Shown here: one piece after another, positions 1 through 10,903 of the stretch
Layout of the letters: each line of letters opens with the position of its first letter
Position numbering within the stretch: position 1 is the stretch's first letter
Assembly (NCBI GenBank): GCA_014729775.1
Contig: WJJJ01000013.1
Span: 2,947 to 66,946, forward strand
From: Candidatus Omnitrophota bacterium
GTDB lineage: Bacteria > Omnitrophota > Gorgyraeia > Duberdicusellales > 4484-171
DNA length: 64,000 nucleotides
Reading direction: 5' to 3'
Made by a program: the position numbers and the translations under genes
The notes under the pieces: model-generated
Told to the model about the DNA's origin: nothing
Databases searched by the model: none
Seen by the model: the letters and a program-made list of their open reading frames with translations, nothing else

Positions 1-267
1 TTAGCCCGGGAAGCCGGATACCGGACCGTATGCGTCAGCCGCCCTGCGCTCAACGATTTCGCGCGTAAGGAAAAATTTTCCGTCCTGCAAAAAACAGGCA
101 TCAAACGATCGATGTCTTTTCCCACGTTTTCCGGTATCGTCCGGGGCGATGCCGGCGTATACCGCAAACTGCGTTTCACCCGGGCCTGCCGCAGCGCGGT
201 GAAAACGATCATCCGGCCTGCCGGATATGAATGGGTACAAGCGAGAGTGATGCGCAGTGGGAGATGA
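1..267 (+). CDS. Polysaccharide deacetylase, C-terminal part (5' truncated by window)
   Basis: Frame +1 is open from base 1 to TGA 265-267 (LAREAGYRTVCVSRPALND...). This resembles a NodB-type deacetylase C-terminus (compare VKQAGFKTAFV in 5456-6289) and overlaps the next gene start. Confidence 0.55.
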   Translation, partial: LAREAGYRTVCVSRPALNDFARKEKFSVLQKTGIKRSMSFPTFSGIVRGDAGVYRKLRFTRACRSAVKTIIRPAGYEWVQARVMRSGR

Positions 268-1405
268 TGTATCCGTGTGGCTGTTCTGGATATCGTGGTG
301 GTTTCTTTTCTATGCCTATGCCGGGTATCCGCTGCTGTTATGGATGCTCGCGCGCCTGCGTCCCGCTCCGGTACGTGCCGACGCGCAGGATACGCCTCTC
401 GTTTCGCTGATCATCGCGGCCTACAATGAAGAGCGGTCGATCGCGCGGAAACTCGAGGAAACGCTCACCTACGATTACCCGCGGGACCGGCTTGAGGTAA
501 TCGTGGCTTCTGACGGGTCCACCGACGCGACCGACCGTATCGTATCCGGATATGGCGGGCGCGGCGTAAAACTGGTACGCAACGAACCGCGGCAGGGAAA
601 GACCGCCGCGCAGAATAAGGCGGTGGAAACCGCGCGTGGACACATTCTGCTTTTTTCCGACGCGACCACGAAGTGGGATCCGGATACGCTCCGGATGCTG
701 GTACGCAATTTTCATGACGCCGGAGTCGGCTGTGTAGGCGGGGAGGAGTATTTTCTCCCGGAAGGCGGGATTGCCCGTGAAGCGCATTTTTTCTGGAAGT
801 ACGAGAAGTTCATCCGGCGGTGTGAGAGCCGTATCCGGTCGGTGATCGGGGTGAGCGGATGCGTATTTGGTATCCGCCGCGAACTGTACCTGCCGCTCTC
901 GGATTCGCTGATCGAAGATTTCGCCCTGCCGCTGGCGGTTATCCGCTCCGGATTTCGCTGTGTGTGCGAGCCGCGGGCCCGCGCCTATGAGGCGGCCGCG
1001 CCGGATATCTCGGCGGAATTCGCGCGTAAATCGAGGATCGTCAGTAACGGGATGCGGGTGGTTTGGCATATGCGGGCGCTGTTGAATGTAGTCCGTTTTC
1101 CTTTACCGGCCTGGCAGCTTTTTTCGCATAAGATCTGCCGCTGGCTTGCTCCGGTTGCCATGGCTGTCTTGTTCCTAAGCACTCTGTTCGGTCCGGGCGG
1201 CAGCGCGTTCGTCGCAGCGGCCGGCATCGCGCAGTTGATCTTTTATACGTTCGCCTGCACCGGTTTTCTTTTGCGGCTTCGTCCGCGTACACCCGTATGG
1301 ATAAGAATGCCGTATCATTTTTGTCTGATGAACATCGCGGCGCTGTCCGGTCTGGGGAAATTCTTTCGGGGAGAGCGGAAAGTCTTATGGGAGCCGGTGC
1401 GATGA
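257..1405 (+). CDS. Glycosyltransferase family 2 (processive-type, membrane-bound)
   Basis: VSLIIAAYNEE, SDGSTD, FSDA and EDF motifs; N- and C-terminal TM segments. Confidence 0.9.
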   Translation: MGDDVSVWLFWISWWFLFYAYAGYPLLLWMLARLRPAPVRADAQDTPLVSLIIAAYNEERSIARKLEETLTYDYPRDRLEVIVASDGSTDATDRIVSGYGGRGVKLVRNEPRQGKTAAQNKAVETARGHILLFSDATTKWDPDTLRMLVRNFHDAGVGCVGGEEYFLPEGGIAREAHFFWKYEKFIRRCESRIRSVIGVSGCVFGIRRELYLPLSDSLIEDFALPLAVIRSGFRCVCEPRARAYEAAAPDISAEFARKSRIVSNGMRVVWHMRALLNVVRFPLPAWQLFSHKICRWLAPVAMAVLFLSTLFGPGGSAFVAAAGIAQLIFYTFACTGFLLRLRPRTPVWIRMPYHFCLMNIAALSGLGKFFRGERKVLWEPVR

Positions 1406-1863
1406 AATATGCGTTGGCAGTATGCGCGGTGATCACGCTCATTCTGGTACTGTCGCTTCTCCCAGTGGCGGAGATAAAAACCGCCCTTAAGGGAATGCTG
1501 GAAGATCCCGAGGCGGTAAGGGCCTGGTTCAAGCGGGTCCTGCCGGTGCGGATTACGCCGACGATGGTGCAGAATATTCTGCACGTGCCTTTTTTTGCCG
1601 GGCTGGCGTGGGTGTCGATGCGCGCGTTGACCCGCGGCGAAAGGAGCGGGGTGAAAGCGGTGATGCTGACCGCGGTCATCGTGTGCGGAATTTCAGTGTT
1701 AAGCGAGGGAATGCAGTTTTTTTCGCTGGAGAGAGATCCCGGGTGGGGAGATTTCCTTCTTGATATGGGCGGCGGTATCGGCGGCGCGGGGGTGTTTTTG
1801 ATACGGGAGAGGAGAAAGTTCCGGGGGCGGACCGCGGAATGTGAGCTTCAGAAGGACGAGTGA
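1402..1863 (+). CDS. VanZ family membrane protein
   Basis: [17 protein letters not shown] and DFLLDMGG motifs; ATG overlaps the upstream stop (ATGA). Confidence 0.75.
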   Translation: MKYALAVCAVITLILVLSLLPVAEIKTALKGMLEDPEAVRAWFKRVLPVRITPTMVQNILHVPFFAGLAWVSMRALTRGERSGVKAVMLTAVIVCGISVLSEGMQFFSLERDPGWGDFLLDMGGGIGGAGVFLIRERRKFRGRTAECELQKDE

Positions 1864-2381
1864 TGAGGAACTATTTCTGGGAGATCATACGTTACGGATT
1901 CGGTGCCGGCGCGTGGAGATACCGGCTGGAAAAGTGGGCCTGGTACGTGCATGATCATATCGCGCCCCGCGTCCGAATGAAAAAGGAGCGCGGCCATCGT
2001 ATTCATCCCACGGCGTCCCTGCGCTGCGGACACAATATTTCACTGGGAGTAAACGCCCATATCAATCAGTACTGCTGTATTTGGGCCAGTCAGCGGGCGC
2101 GGATCGTGCTGGGCGATAACCTGCTGATGGGACCGGGAGTGAAAATTTTCGCGTCCAACCACGGAACCGGGCGGGAAAAGGTAATGACCGCCCAGCCCTG
2201 GCGGGAGAAAGATGTCGTGATCGGCAATGATGTCTGGCTGGGAGCTAACGCGGTGGTGACTTCCGGGGTGACCATCGGCGACGGCGCGGTCATCGCTGCC
2301 GGAGCGGTTGTGACTAAAGACATTCCGCCGTACACGATTTGCGGCGGGATCCCTGCGAAAGTGTTGAGGGAAAGAACATGA
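1863..2381 (+). CDS. Hexapeptide-repeat O-acetyltransferase
   Basis: [34 protein letters not shown]...GGIPAK left-handed beta-helix signature. Confidence 0.9.
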   Translation: MRNYFWEIIRYGFGAGAWRYRLEKWAWYVHDHIAPRVRMKKERGHRIHPTASLRCGHNISLGVNAHINQYCCIWASQRARIVLGDNLLMGPGVKIFASNHGTGREKVMTAQPWREKDVVIGNDVWLGANAVVTSGVTIGDGAVIAAGAVVTKDIPPYTICGGIPAKVLRERT

Positions 2382-3502
2382 ACGAAAGAAAACTGCGCGT
2401 CGCGCACGTCCTCGTTGCCTTAGGCGTAGGCGGGATGGAAAAAGTGGTCGTCGATATTATCCGCCGGTTTGACCGGGCGCGTGTGCGGTCGTCGGTGTAT
2501 TGCGTGTGGAAGAAGGGATCGCTGGCGGAAAAACTGGAAAAGGAAGGCATCCCGGTGGAAGTCGTGCAAAGTAACGGATTCCCCCTGAATCTGGCCTGGC
2601 AACTCGCGCGGAGATTCCGTCAGCATCGTTACGACGTGGTACACAGCTACAGCGGAGTGTACCGCGATGCCGCACTCGCGGCGCGGGCCGCGGGAGTGCC
2701 GGTGATCGTGCACACCGATCAGGGCAAATTCTATCCGGACAGCCGCTGGAGCCGGATCAATCACCGGATCTGTTCGGTCCTGCGCGATCAGGTGACCGCG
2801 GTATCCGATGAATTAAAGGAGTTCTTGGTCGGGGAGGTCGGCATTCCCGAACGGAAGGTCATCCGCATTTATAATGGGGTGGATCCTCGCGAACACGCCA
2901 GTAACGGCGCGCGTGACCAAACGCGGCAGGCGCTGGGGATCGGCGCCGATACGCCGGTGATCGGTATCGTGGCCCGCCTGAGCGAGGTGAAAAATCACCC
3001 CCTGCTGTTTCACGCCTTTTCCCTGGTGTGCAAAGAATGCCCGAGGGCGCTGCTGCTCGTTGTGGGCGACGGAAAAAAACGCACTTCTCTGGAGTCGCTG
3101 GCCGGGAAACTGGGGATTACGGATCGCGTCCGGTTTTTGGGGACACGGCGGGACGTCAAGGAGTTACTGCATTGTATGGATATCGTGTGTCTTTCATCAC
3201 GCAGCGAAGGGTTGTCGCTCACGCTGGCCGAAGCCATGGCCAGCGCCAAACCCGTAGTCGCCACCGCGGTCGGCGGCAACACCGAACTCATCCGTGACGG
3301 GATCGACGGCCGGCTGGTGTCGCCGGAACATGAGGAGGAGATGGCCGACGCACTGCGTGAATTGCTGGGAGAGAAAGAGAAACGGGAGCAGATGGGCCGT
3401 CACGCGCGGGAACGGATCAGGGAAGAATTCAATCTGGAAACGATCGTGAAAGAATACGAAAATGTATATCTGAAGCTGAGCGGAAATAAGGGGAGGAGAT
3501 GA
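2378..3502 (+). CDS. Glycosyltransferase family 4
   Basis: [33 protein letters not shown] (EX7E) motifs. Confidence 0.9.
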   Translation: MNERKLRVAHVLVALGVGGMEKVVVDIIRRFDRARVRSSVYCVWKKGSLAEKLEKEGIPVEVVQSNGFPLNLAWQLARRFRQHRYDVVHSYSGVYRDAALAARAAGVPVIVHTDQGKFYPDSRWSRINHRICSVLRDQVTAVSDELKEFLVGEVGIPERKVIRIYNGVDPREHASNGARDQTRQALGIGADTPVIGIVARLSEVKNHPLLFHAFSLVCKECPRALLLVVGDGKKRTSLESLAGKLGITDRVRFLGTRRDVKELLHCMDIVCLSSRSEGLSLTLAEAMASAKPVVATAVGGNTELIRDGIDGRLVSPEHEEEMADALRELLGEKEKREQMGRHARERIREEFNLETIVKEYENVYLKLSGNKGRR

Positions 3503-4620
3503 GGATACTTCATATGATCTCTTCTTCCGGGTTTTACGGCGCGGAACGGGTCGTGCTGGATTTGTTGTGTTTGGCGCGGGATCAGGCGTGGAAGCCGTAC
3601 CTGGTCTGCCTTAAAAGCGCAGAAAAACCGGATCCGGAGCTGTATGGCCGGGCGCAGGAGTGTGATATCGAATCCTACGTGTTCTCCTGCGGGGCGAAGA
3701 TCGACATGGGTACGGTGAGGAAATTGAACGGCTTTGTACGCGCGGAGAATATTGAGTGTATTCACGCGCACGGGTATAAAGCCGACGTGTACGCGTTGAT
3801 GGTGTCCCGTTCCTGCCGGGTTCCGGCAGTGTCTACTTTGCACGGCTGGACAGGAGAGGATCATAAAGTCGGTTTTTACGAACGGATCGACCGCTGGATC
3901 GTGCGCATGTTCGCGCATCTGGTGCCGGTATCGCCGGACATTGAAGAAACGCTGAAACATGCCGGGATCAGCGCCGAAAAGATCACCTGTATCCCTAACG
4001 CGGTCGACACTTCCCGTTTCGATCCGTCAGATGTTGAACCGTTTCGAACCGAGTGGCATCTGGACGGGGCGCTGGTGTTTGGAAGTGTGGGGCGGTTGAG
4101 TCCGGAAAAGGGGCACCGGATGCTTATTCGCGCCTTTTCCCGGATTGCGGCTGAATTCCCGCGGGCGCGTCTGGTGATCACGGGCGAGGGACCTTTGCGG
4201 GACAATCTGCGGCAGCTTGCCTCGGACGAAAAGATTGGGGAAAAGGTGGTGTTTAGCGGACGGCAGACGGAAATGGAACGGGTATACCGTACCATGAACG
4301 TATTCATCCTGCCGTCACTGACCGAAGGGTTGCCGCTGGCCTTGCTGGAAGCGATGAGCATGGCCTGTCCCGTGATCGCGACCCGCGTCGGCGCGATCCC
4401 CGGAGTGGTGGATCCGGCGCAGGGTATGGTAGTGGATCCGGAAGAAACGGCGTTGACCGACGCGATGCGCCGCTTCGCCGCGGACGAATCATTGAGAATC
4501 CGCTGTGCCGCGGCCGCGCGCGCGAAAGTGATACATGAATATGATCTCGCCTCATTTTTTGGAAAATATCAACAAGTGTATGCCCGGGTGTGTCCGCCGC
4601 GGACGGAGAGTCGTGTATGA
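3499..4620 (+). CDS. Glycosyltransferase family 4
   Basis: GFYGAERV, GRLSPEKG, TEGLPLALLEAM motifs. Confidence 0.9.
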   Translation: MRILHMISSSGFYGAERVVLDLLCLARDQAWKPYLVCLKSAEKPDPELYGRAQECDIESYVFSCGAKIDMGTVRKLNGFVRAENIECIHAHGYKADVYALMVSRSCRVPAVSTLHGWTGEDHKVGFYERIDRWIVRMFAHLVPVSPDIEETLKHAGISAEKITCIPNAVDTSRFDPSDVEPFRTEWHLDGALVFGSVGRLSPEKGHRMLIRAFSRIAAEFPRARLVITGEGPLRDNLRQLASDEKIGEKVVFSGRQTEMERVYRTMNVFILPSLTEGLPLALLEAMSMACPVIATRVGAIPGVVDPAQGMVVDPEETALTDAMRRFAADESLRIRCAAAARAKVIHEYDLASFFGKYQQVYARVCPPRTESRV

Positions 4621-5456
4621 AAAAGGTGACCAATTTTCTCACGATTGACGTGGAAGAGTATTTTCAGGTCGAGAACTTTAAACGGCATGTTTCCTATGCC
4701 GAATGGGATTCGTTCCCGTCGCGTGTGGTACCGAACACAAGAAAGATCCTCGCTCTGCTCAAACGGCACCGGGTACGGGCGACATTTTTTGTGCTGGGGT
4801 GGGTTGCGGAAAAATTTCCGGAATTGGTACGGGAGATCTCTACGGATGGGCATGAAGTTGCTTCTCATGGCTACCGGCATGAGCTGATCTTCCGGCAGAC
4901 CGCGGAAGAATTTCGGCGTGATGTGCGCGAGGGCAAAGACCTGCTGGAGAATCTGATTCAGAAAAGAGTGTTAGGCTACCGCGCGCCGAGCTGGTCGCTG
5001 ACGCAAAAATCACCGTGGGTATATCAGATATTACGAGAGGAAGGAATTGTTTATGATTCCAGCGTGTTCCCCTATTACCGGTATGACGGCGGATTTCGTG
5101 ACGGCGAGACAAAACCGTATCAGGTCGACGCCGGGCTGTGGGAGTTTCCGGTGTCGACGTTCAGGGTCGCCGGGCAGAATATTCCGTTCGCAGGCGGGGG
5201 CTATTTCCGTCTTTTTCCCTATCGGCTGATCCAATACGGGGTCCGGCGGCTCAATGCGCGGGGACAGCCGGCGATGGTTTACCTGCATCCCTGGGAATTC
5301 GACCCGGGTCAGCCCCGGTTTCAGGCGAGTTACTTAAGTTCGTTCCGGCACTATGTGAATCTGCATACTACGGAAAGAAAACTTGACCGGCTGTTGGGAG
5401 CGCTTTCTTTTTCTTCGCTTGATTCGGCACTCGGCCCGGAGAAGGGGTGCCCGTGA
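4617..5456 (+). CDS. Exosortase-system polysaccharide deacetylase (DUF3473-containing)
   Basis: LTIDVEEYFQV, ATFFVLGWVAE, GHEVASHGY.H, GYRAPSWS, GGGYFRLFPY, YLHPWEFDPGQPR. Confidence 0.88.
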   Translation: MKKVTNFLTIDVEEYFQVENFKRHVSYAEWDSFPSRVVPNTRKILALLKRHRVRATFFVLGWVAEKFPELVREISTDGHEVASHGYRHELIFRQTAEEFRRDVREGKDLLENLIQKRVLGYRAPSWSLTQKSPWVYQILREEGIVYDSSVFPYYRYDGGFRDGETKPYQVDAGLWEFPVSTFRVAGQNIPFAGGGYFRLFPYRLIQYGVRRLNARGQPAMVYLHPWEFDPGQPRFQASYLSSFRHYVNLHTTERKLDRLLGALSFSSLDSALGPEKGCP

Positions 5457-6289
5457 TGAAAAAATATGTTAAAAAAATAGTGTCGTGGCTGGCCGTATAC
5501 AGCGGCATCGCGCGAGCGCGGCGGTATTTCCGGCGCAATCTGCCGGTGGTGTTATGCTATCACCGGGTGGTGGACGATCTTGCGCAGGCGCACCAGTATT
5601 CTGATTCGGGAATGGTCGTCTCACGGGAAACCTTCCGCCGCCAGATGGAATTCTTGCGGCGGCATTACTGCGTGATTTCCATGGATACCTTTACCCGGTT
5701 TCTGGACGGTGCCGGGCCGTTGCCTCAATATTCGGTGCTGGTCACGTTTGATGACGGATACAAGGACAACTTCACCTGCGCCTACCCGGTATTCACAGAA
5801 CTGGACCTGCCGGTGACGCTGTTCGTGACCACGGGTTTTATCGACGGCCGGATCGTCCCGGAGTGGGACCGGGAAGTGAATGGACAGCGGCCGGAGATGC
5901 TCTCCTGGGAAGAGATCCGGCGGATGGAGTCCAACGGCGTGACTATCGGCGCGCATACGGTGACCCATCCCGAGTTCGGTACTACCGATCCGAGCCGGGA
6001 GGAGGAGAGGTTGACCGAGATCCCGGCATCCAAACTGCGGCTGGAGGGTGTATTAGGCCAGCCGGTGGAAGTATTCGCCTATCCTAAGGGGAGCATGTCG
6101 ACCGCCGCGCTCAACGCGGTCAAGCAGGCCGGATTTAAAACCGCGTTTGTGGTGCGCCGCCGCGGGGCCGGTCATGACCGGAGGTATTGCTGGCCGCGAA
6201 TACCGGTAAATGAAGGCCGGACGCGGGGGCCGCGCGGGGAAACCGACATGAGGATGTTTGCCTGCGCGCTCGCGGGGATATGGAAATGA
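5456..6289 (+). CDS. Polysaccharide deacetylase (NodB/IcaB-like)
   Basis: VLCYHRV, VTFDDGY, GAHTVTH, FAYPKG. Confidence 0.88.
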   Translation: MKKYVKKIVSWLAVYSGIARARRYFRRNLPVVLCYHRVVDDLAQAHQYSDSGMVVSRETFRRQMEFLRRHYCVISMDTFTRFLDGAGPLPQYSVLVTFDDGYKDNFTCAYPVFTELDLPVTLFVTTGFIDGRIVPEWDREVNGQRPEMLSWEEIRRMESNGVTIGAHTVTHPEFGTTDPSREEERLTEIPASKLRLEGVLGQPVEVFAYPKGSMSTAALNAVKQAGFKTAFVVRRRGAGHDRRYCWPRIPVNEGRTRGPRGETDMRMFACALAGIWK

Positions 6290-8820
6290 AGGGAACCCAA
6301 CACACAACACAGAGTATCCCGGCGGTAGTGCTGGGTATGACCGCCAACGGGCTGTCGGTCACGCGAAGTTTAGGCCGTCAAGGCGTGCCGGTGACCGGGG
6401 TTGATTCCGGCCGGCATGAGCCGGGGATGTATTCCTGGTACTGCGATCCCCGGGTGTGTCCCGATCCCGGGAACGATCCTGAGGAGTTTCTGCATTGGCT
6501 TCTTGATTTAGGACGGTCATTCGCCCGGCGCCCGGTGCTGTATCTTACGTCCGATAAATATATCGGCGTGGTATCCCGCGCGCGGGAATCTTTGGAAAAA
6601 TATTTTTCATTTTTACTTCCGGACAAAGAGATCGTGGATGCGTTTTTGGACAAGGAACGCACCGCGGAACTCGCCGCGCGTCACGGCGCGCGTCATCCGC
6701 GTACATTCAAAGTACACGAGGAACGTGATCTGCGGGAGGTGTTGTCCATGGTCGCGTATCCGGTGATCTTAAAGCCGCGGTTTTCTCACGTGTGGAGCCG
6801 GTGTTACGGGGGGCAGAAGGTAATCATTGCAAATACTGGCCAAGAATTAAAGGATAAATATTTATACTTGCGAACCCAGTCACAAGAAGTTTTGGTTCAG
6901 GAAATCATCCCTGGACCTGATCAGAATGTGCATTTATTTATGGCATATTACAACGAGTATTCCGTATCCCTGGCGTTGTTCTGTTGCCGGAAACTGCGCC
7001 AGTATCCGCCGCATTTTGGTGTTGGGGCATTAATGGAAAGTATAGAAGAACCGTCAATCCAATCTGTGGGGGAGAGATTCTTAAGGTCAATAGGATATAG
7101 AGGACTTGTGGGGGTTGAATATAAGGTGGATGAACGTACTGGTGAACCGGTTCTTATTGAAGTTAATATGCGGACGAGTCTTGGCGGAGAAATAAGCGTT
7201 CAATCGGGGGTTGATCTTCCGATGATCATGTATCGCCATTTGGCCTGCGGCGAGTCTGAGCCGGACAAAAAGCACTTTTCATTCGTGCCCGGCGTGAAGC
7301 TGATGAACCTTGATCTCGATACCGGGAGCTTTCTTCGTTATCGTCGGGAAGGGGGAATGACACTTGGAGCATGGTTTCTTTCTTTTCGCGCACCGAAACT
7401 GGCCCATACCTATTTTGCCGCGGATGATTTGCGTCCATTTTTCGCGGTCTATTCCCGTTTTCTCAGAAAGATAGGCAGGAAGGTATTTGCGCGCGCGGGC
7501 ACTGCGAGCGCGCCGGCGCGGCGGGTTCCGGCGGTGGTGCTGGGTATGACCGCGAACGGGCTGTCGGTCGCGCGCAGCCTGGGCCGCAGAGGCATTCTTG
7601 TGATCGGGCTTGATTCGGTTGCCGACAGTATAGGATTCAGATCCCGGTATTGCCGCGCCGCGTGCTGTCCGGATGTCCTTCGGGAGGAAGCGGGATTTGT
7701 CGAGTTCCTTGAGCACGTGGGAAAACATTACCGGGAAAAGCCGGTGCTGATCATGACTGCCGATAGCTATGTTGACTGCGTGTCCCGGCATGAGGCGCGG
7801 CTGAAACGTTCTTTCCGGTTCACGATCCCGCGCCGGGAACAGGTTTCGGCGTTCCTGGACAAACGCCGCACCTACGAAGTCTTTCGGGAATACGGGCTCG
7901 CGTGTCCGCGTTCATTCCTGATCGCCTCGGCGGACGGCGCCGTGCGTGCGGCGGCGAAGGTGACGTTTCCCTGCGCGCTCAAGCCCGCCCGCTCGCATGT
8001 CTGGCGTCAAAAGTACGGCGGGAAAAAACTCTTCGTGGTCCGGTCGCCCCGGGAGCTTCGGGAACTGGCGATTAAGCTGATCGCACAAGGGCAGGAGATC
8101 TTCGTTCAGGAGCTTATCCCCGGAGCGGATAACTTCATCTATACCTTTGTCGCCTATTATGACCGGCAGGGCCGGGCGCTGGGGATCTTCACCAAGCAGA
8201 AGATACGCCAGTATCCAATAAAGTTCGGGATCGGCTGTTTTCACGAATCGGGCCAAAATCCGGAAGTACGGGAAAAAGGCCTGCGTTTTCTTTCGGCGCT
8301 GGGCTATACCGGCTTCGCGGGGATCGAATTCAAATACGACTCGCGGGAGAAAAGGTATAAAGCCGTGGAGGTCAATATCCGGACGCTGATGAGCGGGGAA
8401 CTCGCGGTGCGCTCGGGAGTCGATTTTCCTTATTTGTATTATCGCGATCATACGCAGCAGGCGGTTACTCCGGTCACGGCGTTCCGGGAAGGGGTCAAAT
8501 TCGTGCATGAAGACTTAGATCCGGCGTCGTTTTTCCGTTACCGGGCGCGCGGCGAACTCACCCTGCGCCAATGGCTCGCGACCTACCGCGGAGAAGTTCA
8601 TTGCACATATTTTCGTGTAGACGATCCGTTGCCTTTTTTGTTTATGTCCTGCAGGATAGTCCGGACCGCGTGGTGCAAATTAAGGAAATACGCGAGGTTC
8701 GGATTGTTACGATTGAGGGCCGGGCCTGTCGCTTGGAAAAGGGATTCCGTGCCGCGTTTGGATCGGGTGGCTCAGTTTGATGAACCTGAGGTGACAGAAG
8801 GAAAAAAGGCGGGAATATAA
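6280..8820 (+). CDS. Tandem-duplicated ATP-grasp carboxylate-amine ligase (D-aspartate ligase-like)
   Basis: Two homologous ~410-aa halves, each with PAVVLGMTANGLSV.RSLGR, P..LKP, VQE.IPG, K.RQYP, G..G.E.K.D, EVN.R, SGVD.P. Confidence 0.8.
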   Translation: MEMKGTQHTTQSIPAVVLGMTANGLSVTRSLGRQGVPVTGVDSGRHEPGMYSWYCDPRVCPDPGNDPEEFLHWLLDLGRSFARRPVLYLTSDKYIGVVSRARESLEKYFSFLLPDKEIVDAFLDKERTAELAARHGARHPRTFKVHEERDLREVLSMVAYPVILKPRFSHVWSRCYGGQKVIIANTGQELKDKYLYLRTQSQEVLVQEIIPGPDQNVHLFMAYYNEYSVSLALFCCRKLRQYPPHFGVGALMESIEEPSIQSVGERFLRSIGYRGLVGVEYKVDERTGEPVLIEVNMRTSLGGEISVQSGVDLPMIMYRHLACGESEPDKKHFSFVPGVKLMNLDLDTGSFLRYRREGGMTLGAWFLSFRAPKLAHTYFAADDLRPFFAVYSRFLRKIGRKVFARAGTASAPARRVPAVVLGMTANGLSVARSLGRRGILVIGLDSVADSIGFRSRYCRAACCPDVLREEAGFVEFLEHVGKHYREKPVLIMTADSYVDCVSRHEARLKRSFRFTIPRREQVSAFLDKRRTYEVFREYGLACPRSFLIASADGAVRAAAKVTFPCALKPARSHVWRQKYGGKKLFVVRSPRELRELAIKLIAQGQEIFVQELIPGADNFIYTFVAYYDRQGRALGIFTKQKIRQYPIKFGIGCFHESGQNPEVREKGLRFLSALGYTGFAGIEFKYDSREKRYKAVEVNIRTLMSGELAVRSGVDFPYLYYRDHTQQAVTPVTAFREGVKFVHEDLDPASFFRYRARGELTLRQWLATYRGEVHCTYFRVDDPLPFLFMSCRIVRTAWCKLRKYARFGLLRLRAGPVAWKRDSVPRLDRVAQFDEPEVTEGKKAGI

Positions 8821-8824
8821 TCAT

Positions 8825-10903
8825 ATGGAAATAGTGTACACCGGTCTCCACAGTCTGAACGTGACCCTTCTGCTGTTTTTTGCGGTGCGGCTGCTGCGCA
8901 GAAAACATATTGTGAATCTGCTCGCGGGATTGAGCGTGAGCGCGCTGGCGGTGTATGAGGCGGGCAACGCTTTGTTGTCCGCCGGAGTCGCGGCATCGGC
9001 GCGGGTGATCGGCGCCGGGTTCTGTCTCGCGCCGGTGATGTGGATGGTATTGAGCGTGTCATTGCTTCCGCCCCGGTCGTCGCGCTGGAACCGGGTGATC
9101 CTTACGCCGGTGTTTGTGGTCTTATCGCTGGTATTCTTCCTGGTATGGTGGATCAATCCCTTTGTGCGCGCGGCTCATTTTACCGGCGGGGCCGAGTTGG
9201 CTCTGACCGCACGGTATTTCTTTGTACTGGTGGTATTTGACTGTATTCTGGCCTTGTCGAATTTGGAACGGGCTTGGTATTACCGCAAGGATCCGCTCAC
9301 GCGCCGGGTGCTGCTGAGCGGATTCCTTTTTTTAGTTCCCTTCGTTTTTATCTCCACCTACGCGGTGTTTCTTTCGAAGATGCACGTGAGCGGCCTGGCC
9401 TATTCCGCGGGAGCGGTGCTCATCGGCTGCGGAACGTTCTGGCCGCTTGCCCGCAGGGGATTCGGCCTGGCGGAAGTCAAAGAGGACGTGGCGGTAAATA
9501 CGTCGATGACGCTGTTTCTGCTCGGCGGATATTTGTTTCTCATCGGCGCCTTCGTGAAGCTGTTTCAGTGGTTCGGCTGGAATCTGAGCACGCTGTTCTC
9601 TTTCCTGACTACCGGGTTTGTTCTGCTGGCGCTGATGCTTCTTCTTTTTTCTCCCACGGTGAAACAGCGGCTCAAAACCGTGATGATGAGACACTTTACC
9701 CGGCAGAAGTACGACTGGCAGAAACTGTGGGAGGATTTCACCTACCGGATCTCCCTGGTGACGGATATCGAAGAACTGAAACAGAAGATCGGCGGCGCCT
9801 TGCAGAGGATCATGGGCGCCGACGAGGCGAGGATAGTATTGTTTGAGGAACGGGGCCCGTTTGAGCCGGAGTTCGAAGACTGGATGCTGCGCCGCGCCGG
9901 CGCGTTCGGCATGCGTGAGGTGCAGACGGAGGCGATGAAGAAGAAATATCCCCGTGCCTGTGCCTACCTGGAAGCCAGCGGCGCGGAGATGGCCGCGCCG
10001 CTCTACGGCGACAAAAAGGTCATCGGATTGATTTTTCTTTCGTTCCGCGGGGAACGGTTCGTGGACCGGGAACTGCTCAAGCTGATCACTTTGCAGGCTT
10101 CGGGAGTGATCGTCAACTGCTGGGCGTACCGCGCTCTGCAGGAGGCGGAAAAGAAAGAGTCCTTATATAAGGTATCGTCGTTCGTGATCCATGATGTGAA
10201 AAATTACATCAATCATCTTTCACTGCTGGTGTCCAACAGGGACAAGTTCGGCCGAAAAGACTTTCAGGAGGACGCGTTGTTTACCATTGAGAGTACCATC
10301 GTAAAGATGCAGAAGTTGATCGATGAGTTCCGTACTTTACGGGGCGAGGTGAGCGTGCGCAGCCGCGCATGCGCGGTTGCCGGGGTAGTGAACGGGGTGC
10401 TGAAAGAAATGGGAGAGACGCGTCTGCGTGGGGTGGACGTAAGAAACGAAGTGCCGGCGGATATCGTCGTGGTGAGCGATCCCGACCATCTGTATAAGAC
10501 GGTTCTCAATGTTGCGCTCAACGCGGTGGAGGCGATGCAAGGACGGGGGCGGCTTGAGTTCCATGCGGAAGAAAAAGAAAACCAGGGGATTCTTGAGGTG
10601 CGGGATACCGGCCCGGGGATGACGCAGGATTTTCTTGAAACGAAACTGTTCACGCCGTTCAGTTCGACCAAATCCAAGGGACTGGGGATCGGGCTGTATC
10701 AGTGCAAAACGATCATAGAAGCCAATCATGGCCGTATTGAGGCCGAAAGTACTCCCGGGGAAGGGACGGTATTTCGGATTGCCCTGCCGGCGGCGGGAAG
10801 GGGGCCGGCCGTGCCGGGCGATGAGAGGAACGTAGGAAAAGACACGACAGAGAAAGGATCCGAGTATGAGCAAGAACGAACAGGAACCACAGATCACGGC
10901 TGA
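8825..10903 (+). CDS. prsK: PEP-CTERM system histidine kinase PrsK
   Basis: Multi-TM N-terminus, KYDW..LW..FT, H-box FVIHDVKN...LSLLVSN, G-boxes DTGPGM and KGLGIGLYQC; sits upstream of prsR and the PEP-CTERM array. Confidence 0.85.
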   Translation: MEIVYTGLHSLNVTLLLFFAVRLLRRKHIVNLLAGLSVSALAVYEAGNALLSAGVAASARVIGAGFCLAPVMWMVLSVSLLPPRSSRWNRVILTPVFVVLSLVFFLVWWINPFVRAAHFTGGAELALTARYFFVLVVFDCILALSNLERAWYYRKDPLTRRVLLSGFLFLVPFVFISTYAVFLSKMHVSGLAYSAGAVLIGCGTFWPLARRGFGLAEVKEDVAVNTSMTLFLLGGYLFLIGAFVKLFQWFGWNLSTLFSFLTTGFVLLALMLLLFSPTVKQRLKTVMMRHFTRQKYDWQKLWEDFTYRISLVTDIEELKQKIGGALQRIMGADEARIVLFEERGPFEPEFEDWMLRRAGAFGMREVQTEAMKKKYPRACAYLEASGAEMAAPLYGDKKVIGLIFLSFRGERFVDRELLKLITLQASGVIVNCWAYRALQEAEKKESLYKVSSFVIHDVKNYINHLSLLVSNRDKFGRKDFQEDALFTIESTIVKMQKLIDEFRTLRGEVSVRSRACAVAGVVNGVLKEMGETRLRGVDVRNEVPADIVVVSDPDHLYKTVLNVALNAVEAMQGRGRLEFHAEEKENQGILEVRDTGPGMTQDFLETKLFTPFSSTKSKGLGIGLYQCKTIIEANHGRIEAESTPGEGTVFRIALPAAGRGPAVPGDERNVGKDTTEKGSEYEQERTGTTDHG

